From contig OX597821.1 in NCBI GenBank assembly GCA_951406725.2, forward strand, positions 23,932,001-23,996,000: DNA of 64,000 bases. The letters run 5' to 3'. Source of the stretch: Octopus vulgaris. Taxonomy: Eukaryota. The notes under the pieces are model-generated. The model worked only from the letters and a program-made list of their open reading frames with translations. It made no database searches and was not told the DNA's origin. A program made the position numbers and the translations under genes. Below, one piece after another: positions 1 through 11,212 of the stretch (positions within the stretch are counted from its first letter, which is position 1; each line of letters opens with the position of its first letter).

Positions 1-108
1 ATGCACACATATCTTCACGATTTTAGCAGTTTTGTAACTTCTTGTGGAACCCCTAGACTGTACTGGCGGAACCCTAAGGTTCCGCAGAACCCTGGTTGAA
101 AACCACTG
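1..108. mobile_element. End of a hAT/Charlie-like non-autonomous DNA transposon
   Basis: Reverse complement starts CAGTGGTTTTCAACCAGGGTTCTGCGGAACC, a Charlie-type TIR with subterminal GGTTCC/GGAACC palindromes. Confidence 0.55.
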
Positions 109-339
109 ATCTATATTCTTCTGCTTTCAATCTTCCTTTTTAACTGCTGAACTAAAACACTCACATACTGGTCCATCAATGGACTTCAGAAGACTTCATT
201 AATTCTATAACTTCTTTCTTTTACCTGTAAAGGGCTGCGATTTGCACTTACATAGCATGGACTGCTGAGTACATTTTATGAAAACAAGGCTATCATGCAC
301 GCAGAAATAACAAAAATTAGTTAAAATATCTTCTTAGTA

Positions 340-510
340 GGTGCAGGAGTGGCTGTGTGGTAAGTAGCTTGCTAACCAACCACATGGTTCCGGGTTCAGT
401 CCCACTGCGTGGCATCTTGGGCAAGTGTCTTCTGCTATAGCCCCGGGCCGACCAATGCCTTGTGAGTGGATTTGGTAGATGGAAACTGAAAGAAGCGCGT
501 CATATATATG

Positions 511-549
<39 letters not shown>

Positions 550-745
550 TTGTCCCTCTAGCATTGCTTGACAACCGATGCTGGTGTGTTTACATCCCCG
601 TAACTTAGCGGTTTGGCAAAAGAGACCGATAGAATAAGTACTAGGCTTCCAAAGAATAAGTCCTGGGGTCGATTTGCTCGACTAAAGTCGGTGCTCCAGC
701 ATGGTCGCAGTCAAATGACTGAAACAAGTAAAAGAGTAAAGAGAG
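340..745 (+). mobile_element. tRNA-derived SINE family A with internal (TA)n(TG)n, full-length copy
   Basis: A-box TGGCTGTGTGG, B-box GGTTCAGTCCC, tail GAAACAAGTAAAAGAG. Other copies at about 10526-10950+, 11311-11725+, 17263-17428-, 19560-19921-, 19947-20318+, 21150-21454-, 22850-23310+, 25550-26300+, 25779-26213-, 34579-34993+, 36810-37232-, 38395-38752-, 39425-39842+, 41038-41467-, 42225-42811-, 54215-54618-, 55904-56343+. Confidence 0.9.
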
Positions 746-1279
746 TGTATAATGGTGGCAAGTTTTACATCGTCTGAAAAGTCATTAGTTGAACTATTAG
801 TCCTCTTGCACTCTGGTGGGTATCGGAGCATTTGAGTGACACTAGACCCCAACAAACGGCCATAAATTAAATGCATCCATCTGGGTCACGATCGTGACCT
901 GTCGACCTGTGCCTGACTGCCACAATTGTGGCCCATGGCACTTTATGTGTTAATCCTTTAATTCTTTAATCATGGAATTACATAATACAGTTACCTTTAA
1001 TTCTAACTGATGACTACTAATATCCTCAATTTGTTTCACGTTTATGTGCTTACTCTGGTGTGCATATATATATATTCACAACGGGCTTCTTTTAGTTTCC
1101 ATCAACCAAAACCACTCACAAGGCTTTGGTCTGCCTGAGGCTATAATAGGATACACTTGCCCAAAGTGCCACACAGTGGGACTGAACCCAGAACCATGTG
1201 GTTGGAAAGCAAGCTTCTTGCCACACTAATTCCACTTCCCTCAAAATTGCTGGCTTTGTGCCTAAATTAGAAACAATAA

Positions 1280-1502
1280 TTGAAGGGTAGAATCATTAGC
1301 ATATAGGATGAAATGCTTTATAATATTTCATCCAACTCATTAGGTTCTGAGTTCAAATCCTGCTGAGATCAGCTTTGCCTCTCCTCTTTTCCGGGGCCAA
1401 TAAAAGAAAAGGCCAGTTAAGTTCTGAGATCAATGATACCAACTAACCAACCCCGTCCCCACCACCACCACCACCGCCGCCAGCACCACTACTTTTCTCA
1501 TA

Positions 1503-1557
<55 letters not shown>

Positions 1558-2220
1558 TATGTTTGACTTTTGCTTTACAAGTTGGCTCCAAGTCTCACCC
1601 AGAGACCTCAAGAGATAACAAGTTGGAAGTTCATGCTGGTGTTATGCCTAGGGTGCCATATATTTGGTTTTGTACTTAGTGTTGTACTAGTGAATGTTTA
1701 AGAAAACCATAAGAAAATTATGTTTGTTTTAAAACTTGAAATTACATAGAAAGTATTTTGCGTAGGATATGAGCAGTTCCCATGAGCACTATCTTTTGAA
1801 TTTCTGCCATTTTGGGGTTTCCTGGTATCTGAGCTAGGTAGCAATCAGCCCCTTTTGCTATCATTCCCAGGGCACCAATGACAACAGGTATTGTTTTAGT
1901 CTTCAGGTTCCACATTTTGCTAATTTCTATTTCAAGATTTTCATATTTGCTCAGTTTTTGGTAGGTCTTGACAGATACGTTTATATCGATTGGGACAGGG
2001 TCAATAAATTAAGTACTAGTTGAGTACTGGGCTCAATTTCAGGCCTTAGTAGAAAGGATTATTATTATTATAAGGCAAAATTCAAATTCTGCCGAGATTG
2101 ACTTTGCTTTTCATCCTTTCAGGATCAATAGATTAAGTACCAGTGAAACACTGGGGTCGATGTAATTGACTAGTGCCTTCCCCTGGAATTTCAGGGCTTG
2201 TGCCTTTAGTAGAAAGGATT

Positions 2221-2252
<32 letters not shown>

Positions 2253-2259
2253 CATCATT

Positions 2260-2299
<40 letters not shown>

Positions 2300-2500
2300 G
2301 TAAGGTGGCAGAAACGTTGGTATACCAGGCAAAACACTGAGCAGCATTTTGTTCATCTTTACATTCTGAACTCAAATTCCACCAAGGTTGACTTTGCCTT
2401 TTGGGTCAATAGTATAAGTACTAGTTGAGCACTAAGGTTGATGTAATTGACTTACTGCTTCCACCAAAATTGCAGGCCTTGTGTCAAAATTTGAAATCAT
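1280..2500 (+). mobile_element. Cluster of degenerate Nin-domain SINEs (family B), interrupted by the R4/Dong fragment
   Basis: Repeated GTTCAAATTC.GCC.AG.T.GACTTTGCCTTTCATCCTTTC.GGGTC.AT....AAGTACCAG motif, a Nin/DeuSINE-like core. Confidence 0.7.
1503..1996 (-). mobile_element. 3' end of an R4/Dong-clade non-LTR retrotransposon with (TAA)n tail
   Basis: Minus frame 1996-1742 reads VPIDINVSVKTYQKLSKYENLEIEISKMWNLKTKTIPVVIGALG...ILRKILSM*, the C-terminus of a restriction-like endonuclease (K..KY, PVVIGALG). It is followed by a 3' UTR and (TAA)n. Confidence 0.8.
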
Positions 2501-2551
2501 TATTAAAAGAATCATAAAAATCAAGCTAAAAATAAATAAACAGAAACATAC

Positions 2552-2697
2552 CGTCAAAATAGTTGCAATTATAGAATAAATCAGGAATGCCTTTTCTCCA
2601 TTGATTTCAATGTCCAAGAAAGGAATTTGGAAAGCACTATCATCATCTAACTTATTTTTAAAGCCAGCATATGTCCACCACAGAAATGCTGTACCAA
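2552..2697 (-). CDS. SLC44A1: SLC44A1/CTL1 coding exon 7 (IGTAFLWWTY...AFLIYSIIATILT); gene continues beyond the left edge
   Basis: ctccAG acceptor, ACG|GTATGT donor, 146 nt, phase 1/0. GTxxLWW and IYxIxAT motifs typical of CTL1. Confidence 0.92.
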
Positions 2698-2779
2698 CTG
2701 GAGAGAGGTGACAGGAAAGAAAAAAGGAGAAAAATTAATATGATCATATATAAAAGAAAATAGCAATTATTTGAACTGA

Positions 2780-2823
<44 letters not shown>

Positions 2824-3171
2824 TGTACATACATACATATACTTATTTCATCATTTAACGTCTGTTTTCCATGCTGGCATGGGTTGGATGTTTTGACTAA
2901 AAACTGATAAGCTGGGGAGCTACACCAGGTTCCAATCTGATTTGTCATGGTTTCTACAGCTGGATGCCCTTCCTAACGCCATTCACTTCAAGAGTGTAAC
3001 GGGTGCATTTTACATGCCACCGGCATGGCTGCCTGTTACAAAACACTGGCATCGGACACAGCTACAATCTCATTTGGCTCAACAGGTCTTCTCAAGCACA
3101 ATTTATTGCCAAAGGTCTCAGTCACTTGTCACTACCTCTGTGAGGCCCAAAGATCGAAGGGTGCTTTTTAA

Positions 3172-3392
3172 CCCTTTAGTGTTCGCATTATTCTGCCAAA
3201 ATGAATACTTCTTTATCCAAATTGTTTTGAATTAATTATACATTATCCTGTAGTTATGAGATTTTGATGAGGTAGCTGTTAATTTTTAAAACGATATTGT
3301 AGGGTTGGTGTGAGAGACCAGATCTGGCCAGTTTGAACATAAAACAGGTAGAATATTTTTGGCCGGATATGGCCGGTTTAAATGCCAAAGGG
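3172..3392. mobile_element. piggyBac-type MITE
   Basis: TTAA|CCCTTTAG...CCAAAGGG|TTAA. Related copies at about 9972-10158, 15730-15938, 30201-30368 and 43594-43820. Confidence 0.8.
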
Positions 3393-3644
3393 TTAAGTGC
3401 CACCAGCACAGGTGCCTGTCATGCGACACTGGCATAAACCATGACTATGATTTCACTTGGCTTGACGGGTTTTCTCAGGCACAACATATCGCCCAACGTT
3501 CAGAGAGTGCACTTTATGTGCTACCAGCACAAGTGTCAGCTACACAACACAGGCATTGGCCACCCCTGTGATTTCAATTGGCTTAACGGGTCTTTTCAAG
3601 CACAATATATTGCCAAAGATCTTGGTCATTTGTGTATATATGTT

Positions 3645-3845
3645 GATTCGCTAGCTTCTGCACGCATTTTTTTTTCTCTCCTTGTTTCTCTCCGTGTTTC
3701 TTTTTTGTGTATCTTTCTGTTGAAGAGCGTAGGCTCGAAACGTAAAAGACTTGTTTTATTTATATTCCTGAGTGCCATACTAATACAATTGTTTGTTTGT
3801 ATTCCACCTGCCTTCGTCTTTTGTTTATTTTCATAAAGCTTCCCG

Positions 3846-3848
<3 letters not shown>
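3645..3848 (+). mobile_element. Short (TA)n-flanked element with a hammerhead-like motif (3712-3749); putative Penelope-derived
   Basis: TCTTT-CTGTTGA-A-GAGCgtagGCTC-GAAA-CG-TA-AAAGA. Near-identical copy at 56978-57184 and a related copy at about 33600-33750. Confidence 0.6.
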
Positions 3849-3878
<30 letters not shown>

Positions 3879-4115
3879 TGTTGTGGAAGATTTTTTATGT
3901 GAAGTCGTGTGTTAAAACAGATATTGTTGTATTTCAGAATGGTCATATTTGTATAAACAGAAGATACAAATATTACAGGCATCCCCCCACCACACTAAAT
4001 AAACATAGACGCACATAGAGATATAAGCATGCGCAAATGAAGACACATACAATAGAAATACAAAATGGCTGACGGTTAGTAAGGAGAGACACAAATAAGA
4101 AAGAAGACAGCAAAG

Positions 4116-4159
4116 GACCACTGATGTGGTCACAGGAGAGTGACGAAAGAACTCTGGCC
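4116..4159 (+). ncRNA. Minimal hammerhead-like motif with a variant core
   Basis: GACCA-CTGATGT-G-GTCACaggagaGTGAC-GAAA-GAAC-TC-TGGCC. Confidence 0.5.
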
Positions 4160-4335
4160 GAAATAAGATTAAGTTTAATGTAAAAAATAAATAACACTGA
4201 AGCAAAGTAACACCAAATATATAGTGCATGTGTTTTTATTGGCTAAACTGGCAAAATGACCATTCCGAAATGCAACAATATATATATATATATATGTATA
4301 TACTCAAAATAAGCAACAAGAATGACTCCGGTAAT

Positions 4336-4423
4336 TTGGTACGATCGTTTCGTACTACATCATTTTATTAAATGTTGTAAGTATTACAACAGTTTTAAAA
4401 TGCTGGGCACTCATCAGCCAATT
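4336..4423 (-). ncRNA. Type I hammerhead ribozyme motif (Penelope-type)
   Basis: Minus strand: TTGG-CTGATGA-GTGC...(about 50 nt)...GTAC-GAAA-CGATCG-TA-CCAA. Canonical core, palindromic stem III. An inverted partial copy lies at 4511-4590. Confidence 0.75.
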
Positions 4424-4698
4424 ACAGAGGTTTTCCATTAATACAAAAATTTTCATATCAAGTGGCAACATTATAGAGAAGGTAGATACATAGACAAAGA
4501 TGTGGATTTAAATACTTACAACATTTAATAAAATGATGTAGTACGAAACGATCGTACCAAATTACCAGAGTCATTCTTGTTGTTTATTTTGATTATAATT
4601 ACCCCACGGATTTTTATGGATAACACCATACAGAATTCTGGTGCATCTAAATTAAGTACCATATTCATTTGAATCTAAATTTTTGCTGAACTTATATA

Positions 4699-4769
<71 letters not shown>

Positions 4770-4884
4770 TGTATATGTATGTATATATATATATGTATGT
4801 ATGTATATATCACATGATCAGATGACCAACCAGGCCATCAGATGTTGCTCCACATCGCCAGTCACAATGTGCTTTGCATTGTTT

Positions 4885-5118
4885 TAGCCTTCAATGATGC
4901 CACCCCGCTGGCTAACCGAGCAGGCCAACAGAAAAAAGAGTGAGAGGAAGTTGTGGTAAAAGAATACACCAGGAATTGCCACCACCCCCTGCCGGAGCCT
5001 CATGGAGCTTTTAGGTGTTTTCACTCAATAAACACTCACAATGCCCTGTCTGGGAATCGAAACCACGATCCTATGACCGCGAGTCCACTGCCCTAACCAC
5101 TGGGCCATTGCGCCTCCA
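4885..5118 (-). mobile_element. tRNA-derived SINE family C
   Basis: Reverse complement starts GGAGGCGCAATGGCCCAGTGGTTAGGGCAGTGGACTCGCGG...GGTTTCGATTCCC. Full plus-strand copy at 32371-32750. Confidence 0.85.
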
Positions 5119-5119
5119 C

Positions 5120-5160
<41 letters not shown>

Positions 5161-5163
<3 letters not shown>

Positions 5164-5430
5164 TCATCATCATCATCATCATCGTTTAACGTCCGCTTTC
5201 CGCGCTAGCACGGGTTGGACAGTTTGACCGGGTCTGGGAAGCCAGGGGCCGCACCCGGCTCCAGTCTGAATCTGGCAGAGTTTCTACGGCTGGATGCCCT
5301 TCCTAACGCCAACCACTCCGTGAGTGGATTGGGTGCTTTTTACGTGCCACCTGCACAGGGGCCGGAGGGTCCGGCATCGTCACGATCGGTTCGAGCATTT
5401 TAACGTGTCAGCGGCACGGGGGCAACGAGG
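5161..5430 (-). mobile_element. RTE-type 3'-tail repeat ending in (GAT)n
   Basis: Minus strand GGTTGGCGTTAGGAAGGGCATCCAGC...GCGGACGTTAAACGATGATG. Related copies at about 2850-3170, 16330-16522, 17960-18277, 23540-23760, 33840-34078 and 42530-42690. Confidence 0.7.
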
Positions 5431-6455
5431 TCCGGGGTACTTTGGGGATCCAGGGTACTTTGGGGATCCGGGGTACTTAGAATGAGTAGGGGGTATGTGG
5501 AATTGCTGCAGAAAGCAGCCCGGGTCTTTGTAGTCACAGCATTTATCGTCACTGAGTAAGGAAGGGTTGGTGTAGGTTCCTAAGAAATAAAGACATTCGT
5601 TATCGTCACTGAGTAACGTTATTAGGTAGAGGAAAGAATACAGATATTCTAGAGTTGAGTTGGGGAGGGGGTCCAGTTGAGGTGGGTAATATAGGGGAGC
5701 AACCAGTGGGGAAGGTTGGGGTAAGGAGGAACGATGGCAGGAAGGGTTGGTGTAGGTTCCTAAGAAATAAAAACGTAGGATATTACGAGGCGGGAGGGTG
5801 CTAAAGGGGGATAGTCGGAATGAAGCAGTGTCAGGAGGAAGCGTAAGATCGGTGGGCAGTTGATGAGCTATGGCGCTAGCAGCTTGTCTTTTCACAGTGA
5901 AAGCATATGAGGAGAAGGGGTAGTGGGGGGAGGAGGAGGGAGTAGGGCGTACCCGGTGTAGATGAGTAAGGCGTATCCGGTGTAGATGGTGAGGACAGGG
6001 TATACTGGTATTGGTGGTGGGGGTGAGGAACAGTGTTCACCAGTATTGGTGGTGTTGGCGGTGAGAACAGTGTTCACCGGTATTGGTGGTGGGGGTGAGA
6101 ACAGTGTTCATCGGTATTGGTGGTGGGGGTGGGGGGCGGGCGCACCGCCAATGGCTGAAAGATGGGAAGAGATGGGATTACGGCTTGAGGTAGCCTAGCC
6201 TAAGGTTAAATTTTGTAGAGAGAGAGATAGAAAGATAAATCAAGTTATGGCGAAGGCTTGAAAGTAGCCTTAAAAGGTTAAATTTTCGTAACAATGTATG
6301 AATAAACGTAGTAACAACGAATAGAAATATTAAGATAAATTTTTAAAGAACTTGCTGCGGACATCGATCGGGTGTGTACACATACACATGCATACATACA
6401 TTAGAATAATAATGTCTGTGTGTCCCCGTGTCCATATAAAGGTAGTTATACTTAC

Positions 6456-6545
6456 TTATACTGCCAAGAGCCGCAACAACAAGAATTACATAGATGACCA
6501 CTCTGGCTATAAATCTAACCAAAATAACCATTAGAAAAGATAAAC
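6456..6545 (-). CDS. SLC44A1: SLC44A1/CTL1 coding exon 6 (CLSFLMVILVRFIARVVIYVILVVAALGSI)
   Basis: ttccAG acceptor, A|GTAAG donor, 90 nt, phase 1/1. Hydrophobic TM segments with an RFIA motif. Confidence 0.92.
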
Positions 6546-6660
6546 CTGGAATAGAAAATAGATTATATGTAATTAAACATATATTTGTGTGTGTATGTGT
6601 ATGAAGCATACATATATACATATGTACACACACACATACATATATACAAATGCATACATG

Positions 6661-6900
6661 TATAAAAGCTGCAGAAAAAGAGAATGTTTATGGAGAACTG
6701 ATGAGAAACCTACAGCTTTTATATGTTGACTTCTGATTTTCATTTGTTCCTATTATCATAGGTACACTGGGATATGTAACATCTCATTTGCATGGAAACC
6801 TAGAAATGTGTGGGTTCTCCAGAAAAAAAGAACCTCCAAAAAAAAATGGAGCGACTGATTCATTCTCCAGATACAACTCATCGGAGCAACACTAAAAATT
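6661..6900 (+). mobile_element. Degenerate R4/Dong-like RLE C-terminal fragment
   Basis: Translates KENVYGELMRNLQLLY...FVPIIIGTLGYV with a stop; resembles the PVVIGALG motif at 1742-1996. Confidence 0.5.
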
Positions 6901-6920
6901 AATAAAGCATTTTATAGATT

Positions 6921-7171
6921 GGAAGGTGTTTGTAAGCCATTTAAGAAACACACAAAAGCCGATTGATTCACTTCAACATTTAAGTTTAATTTGTCAAATT
7001 ATTATCATTGCTAAAATCCATGACCTGTTCACTGGCAAAAATCCGTGCTCAGATGTCAGTGAACAGGTCGCGGTCTCAAAGCGATGAAAATATTTTGACA
7101 AATTAAACTTAAATGTTGAAGTGAATCAAACGGCTTTTGTGTGTTTCTTAGATGGCTTACAAACACCTTCC
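6921..7171. repeat. Fold-back inverted repeat with about 110-bp arms and a hammerhead-like fold at 7054-7100
   Basis: GGAAGGTGTTTGTAAGCC... pairs with ...GGCTTACAAACACCTTCC. Internal TGTCA-GTGAACA-G-GTCGC..GCGAT-GAAA-ATAT-TT-TGACA. Confidence 0.75.
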
Positions 7172-7512
7172 ACGCTGCAATTGTTTTTGTTCCAGCACAC
7201 GATTTCAGATCAAATCACTTGCTATGCGAGTACACCTCCGTAATTTTATAGATTCTCCATTTGAAACTCCTAGGTGAACATATGCACACAACCATATATA
7301 CATTTGGAATAACCATATGTACATTTGGAATACATATACAAGCAGTGAAGGTGCATGGCCTAGTGGTTAGAGTATTTGCTTTACAATCATAAGGCTATGT
7401 GTTCAATTCCCAGTGGAATGACACGTTATTTCATGTTGCTCCAGTCCACTCAACTGGCAAGAATTAGTTTCACCTGTAATTCAAAGGAGTAGCTTTCTCA
7501 CATTCTGTGTCA

Positions 7513-8040
7513 GTTAGTTAGTTAGTTAATTTTTTTGGCTCAAAAAGCTAAAAAGCAAGGCTATGTAGAGGGACGTGGAGTTATGTACAGGGTGGTGTTC
7601 ATGTAAAGAGATCAGGCCACTTGTGGTCAAGGGAGACTTTGAACCGAGCGGTCGTCGGCATCTTCACCATCTTGTCCGGCAGCTTATTCCACGGATCTGC
7701 AACCCGGACGGAGAAAGCCCCTCTCCTTCGATTGAGATGAAATCGTCGCAGATAGAGCTTTTCGGAATGACCCCGCAGCCGACGCTCTGGAGCAGGAGTG
7801 AAGAACAGCTCTTTCGAGAGGTTACACATTCCACTTATGATGTTGTGAACAAGAATGAGATCACCACGGCGTCGTCGTTTTTCTAGAGAATAAAGGTCGA
7901 GCGTCTTCAGCCTTTCTTCATAAGACAAATTCTTGAGCCCAAGAACCATGCGGGTAGCCAGCTTCTGGACTCTTTAAACATGCTGTATGTCTTTGAGGAG
8001 ATAAGGAGAAGAGGCTTGAATCCCGTACTCCAATATGGGT
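7513..8040 (-). mobile_element. CR1-clade LINE, 5'-truncated 3' end, inserted in a SINE
   Basis: LEYGIQASSPYLLKD...RVQKLATRMVLGLKNLSYEERLKTLDLYSLEKRRRRGDLI...RGH...FSVRVADPWNKLP with a (TAAC)n tail. The host SINE is split at 7345-7512 / 8040-8180. Confidence 0.88.
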
Positions 8041-8280
8041 CACGCTGAATTTCCCTGGAAACTATATTAAGGGCACATGTGTTTGTGGGGTGCTCAGCCA
8101 TTTGCACATTAATTTCCTGAACAGGTTGTTCTGTTGATCGGATCAACTGGAACCCTCATTGTCATAACCAATGGAGTGTCAAATAAACATGTATACATGA
8201 TCACACATAAACAATAAAGAAATATACATGCTTATGTTCTAATGTAACATCCAAATCCATGAGTACATGTCTATCTACAT

Positions 8281-8337
<57 letters not shown>

Positions 8338-8511
8338 CACATCATATACCTGCATGCATACATTAACCATTTGAGGCAACCACAACAATAAGAGCTGTTT
8401 TGGCTTAAACAAAAGAGCCTCACCAATTTGTAAGTGGCTGACTTGACTTCTGCAAAAAAGAAAGCTTAAGATAATTCACAAAGGAACATATATAAAAGTT
8501 TTACTACTTAC

Positions 8512-8678
8512 AGACTGCAATTAAACCCAACAACAACATTTGTTTCCAGCTACGATAGAGATCTCCAAGAATCTTCTCAAAAACATCCGACTCATTCATA
8601 AACACAATGATTTTGTTGACGACACTCTTGGGCATATCTTTCAGACCAGATGGCAAACATCGGTTTAACAGAGAAATA
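8512..8678 (-). CDS. SLC44A1: SLC44A1/CTL1 coding exon 5 (SISLLNRCLPSG...ILGDLYRSWKQMLLLGLIAV)
   Basis: tccAG acceptor, T|GTAAG donor, 167 nt, phase 2/1. Contains RCxP and DLxxSW motifs. Confidence 0.93.
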
Positions 8679-8809
8679 CTGGACGGAGAAGAGAAAGAAA
8701 ATAGTGGGAAATAATAAAACGGAATTGCAAGGTGACAAGCTGGGGTAGACATTAGAGACAGCAGAGTTATACAACAGACAGTAAGGAAATACCTTTGGAC
8801 ACTTATCAC

Positions 8810-9870
8810 AGTGGAACTTGTAATGGTGTGGGGGGTACTTGATACAGTGGAGTACTTGATAGGGTGGGTTACTTGACACAGTAGGGTACTTAATGTGGTA
8901 CTTAAAATTTAAAGTAATGGGTACAGAAATATTTATGGTTGTTGTTTGTACTGAGAAGAAAATGAGTGTAAATCTATGTGTAGTAAAATTAAATTTTTGT
9001 ACCTTTTGCATAATGGTTTGATAATATTAGTTGATATAGTTTCTCAAAATAGGAAGATTTATCTATCTTAATTATATGTATGTTATTATAGTTGTAGTTT
9101 TGTTAATTAAATAAGACAACAGTCTAATATCCTAAAGCAGATAAACCAACTAATGTGTTTCTCCATTTTCTTATTTGTAATATAAATTAATGGTAAAATA
9201 TTTCTTTACCTTCACCCAATTAATACAATAAGTGAGTTCATTGCATTGCAATTAAAAACACTTGTGTATTAATAATTTTGGGTAGTATACCAACAGTATA
9301 TTGGATAAGTATTATCTCTTAGAGGGTTGGATCCACAACCCCTAACTTATTTGGTATATATATATATACAATAATAAAAGGGTAAAATCAATTAATTATT
9401 AATTAATTTCACCAAGTAGTGTTCAGTATGTAAAAGGACCATTCAAGGTATATTTAAAATATTACGTTATATAATTAGGGCTCAGTAAAATAATTTACTT
9501 TACACTGTGTGTGGTAAAGTAAATTATTTTACTGAGCCCTAATTATATAACGTTATATATATATACATGTATGTATATACTTGATACACTGGGGTACTTT
9601 ACATTGTGGGATGCTTGACATATTAGGACATCGGTTATGGGGAGGTACTTGATATTATAACACATATGAAACAGCATGGTGTAGTAGGTGGACATCTGAC
9701 ACAATGAGATACTTGACACTGTAACATTTGAAATAGTGGGACAACTTGATGTAAATACAGCACTTCAAATAGAAAGAAACAATGGTATATTTGGCAGAGT
9801 GAAATTTTTTCTAACAGGAAGATACTTGTGATAGTGGGGCTTCTAACACAGTGGCATGTCTGACACACTG
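8810..9870. repeat. Degenerate ~21-bp minisatellite (GTGGGGTACTTGATACA-like) in two blocks, 8810-8905 and 9580-9870
   Basis: Recurring GGTACTTGA.ACA.T units on both sides of intervening AT-rich insertions. Confidence 0.55.
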
Positions 9871-10681
9871 AGAGAAATGGTTGGACAGGAAATAGATGTA
9901 TGACTTTTGCTGTATGAATGTAACTTCAACCATCATCATTGGTTTTTTTTTTTTTCATAATCATTGTTTAACCCTTTAGTGTTCAGATTATTCTGTCAAA
10001 TGTGATGTTTGTTTATTTATATTGTTTTGAATTAATCCAGCATTATCTTGTAGTTTAGAGATTTCAGTGATGTGATTTTTTAGTTTTAGAATGACATGGT
10101 AGGGCTGAGGTGAGAGGTGAGATTTTGGCCGGATACGGCTGGTTTGAATGCTAAAGGGTTAAAATCCAGTTTTCCATATTTGCATGGATCAGAAAGAACT
10201 CGTGTCAAAACAGATATTTTATGGCAGGACGCTCTTCCTGTTGATAACCCTCACCTCTTTTCAAACAGGAGTATATTCCTCCATGACAGGCATATCTTCA
10301 CAATTGCTTGCATGATGGTGAAGCTTCTTTACAACCATTACAATGATGCTTACACACACCCATACACACATAACTTATGGACTTCTTTCTGTTTCCCTCT
10401 ACCAAATCAACTCACAAAGTTTTAACAAGTGTTATAGCAAAATACATTTGTTCAAGGTACCACACAGAGGGACTGAAGTTGACACCATGTGGTTGGGAAG
10501 CAAACTTCTTAACCACAAAAACATGCTGTGGCAAGAAGCTTGCTTTCCAACATGGTTTCAGCTTCAGTCCCACTGCGTGGTCCCTTGGGCAAGTGTCTTT
10601 TACTGTAACCTCGGGCTGAGCAAAGCCTTGTGAGTGGATTTGGAAGACAGAAACTGAAAGAAGCCCATCATGTGTGTGTGT

Positions 10682-10739
<58 letters not shown>

Positions 10740-10999
10740 GTCCCCCTGCCACCATGTGACAACCAGTGTTGGTGTTTTTATGTTCTCATAAACTTAGTGA
10801 TTCAGCAAAAGAGACTGATCAAGTAAGTACCAGGCTGAAAAACAAAAATAAGTACTGGAGTTAGTTCAGTCAATTAAAGACAAATTCTTCAAGACAATGA
10901 TGATGATGATGAATGCCCCAGCATGGCTGCAATCTGAAACAAGTAAAAGATTAAAAAAAATAAAATAAAAGTAAAACTACACAAATTATGTAAACCAAC

Positions 11000-11212
11000 C
11001 TTTTGTATACAACGACAGGGCACGGACCCTTATTTGCAGTCATGCTAGAGGTGTAATCAGCCACAGCGACATCATAACTGCAAAGGTGTACACCAGTTCT
11101 TTCAGCAAACTTTTTATATTCTGCCACATCATCCATGGGAACATCTGGACATTTCTCCACACATATTGAAAGGGATTTAGCAGGATTTGCAATATTCATG
11201 AAGAAAACATGT
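11000..11212 (-). CDS. SLC44A1: SLC44A1/CTL1 coding exon 4 (HVFFMNIANPAKSLSICVEKCPD...KGPCPVVVYK)
   Basis: cccAG acceptor, AG|GTTGGT donor, 213 nt, phase 2/2. Contains ICVxxCP, LCxY and GPCP extracellular-loop cysteines. Confidence 0.93.

Noticed and set aside
110-335. Next SLC44A1 exon
   Set aside because: No frame matches the expected hydrophobic LRKRI-type continuation; the exon lies outside the window.
334-564. Recurrent 'YQIHSQGFGRPGAIVEDTCPRCHAVGLNPEPCGW' protein family
   Set aside because: Antisense translation of SINE family A, not a gene family.
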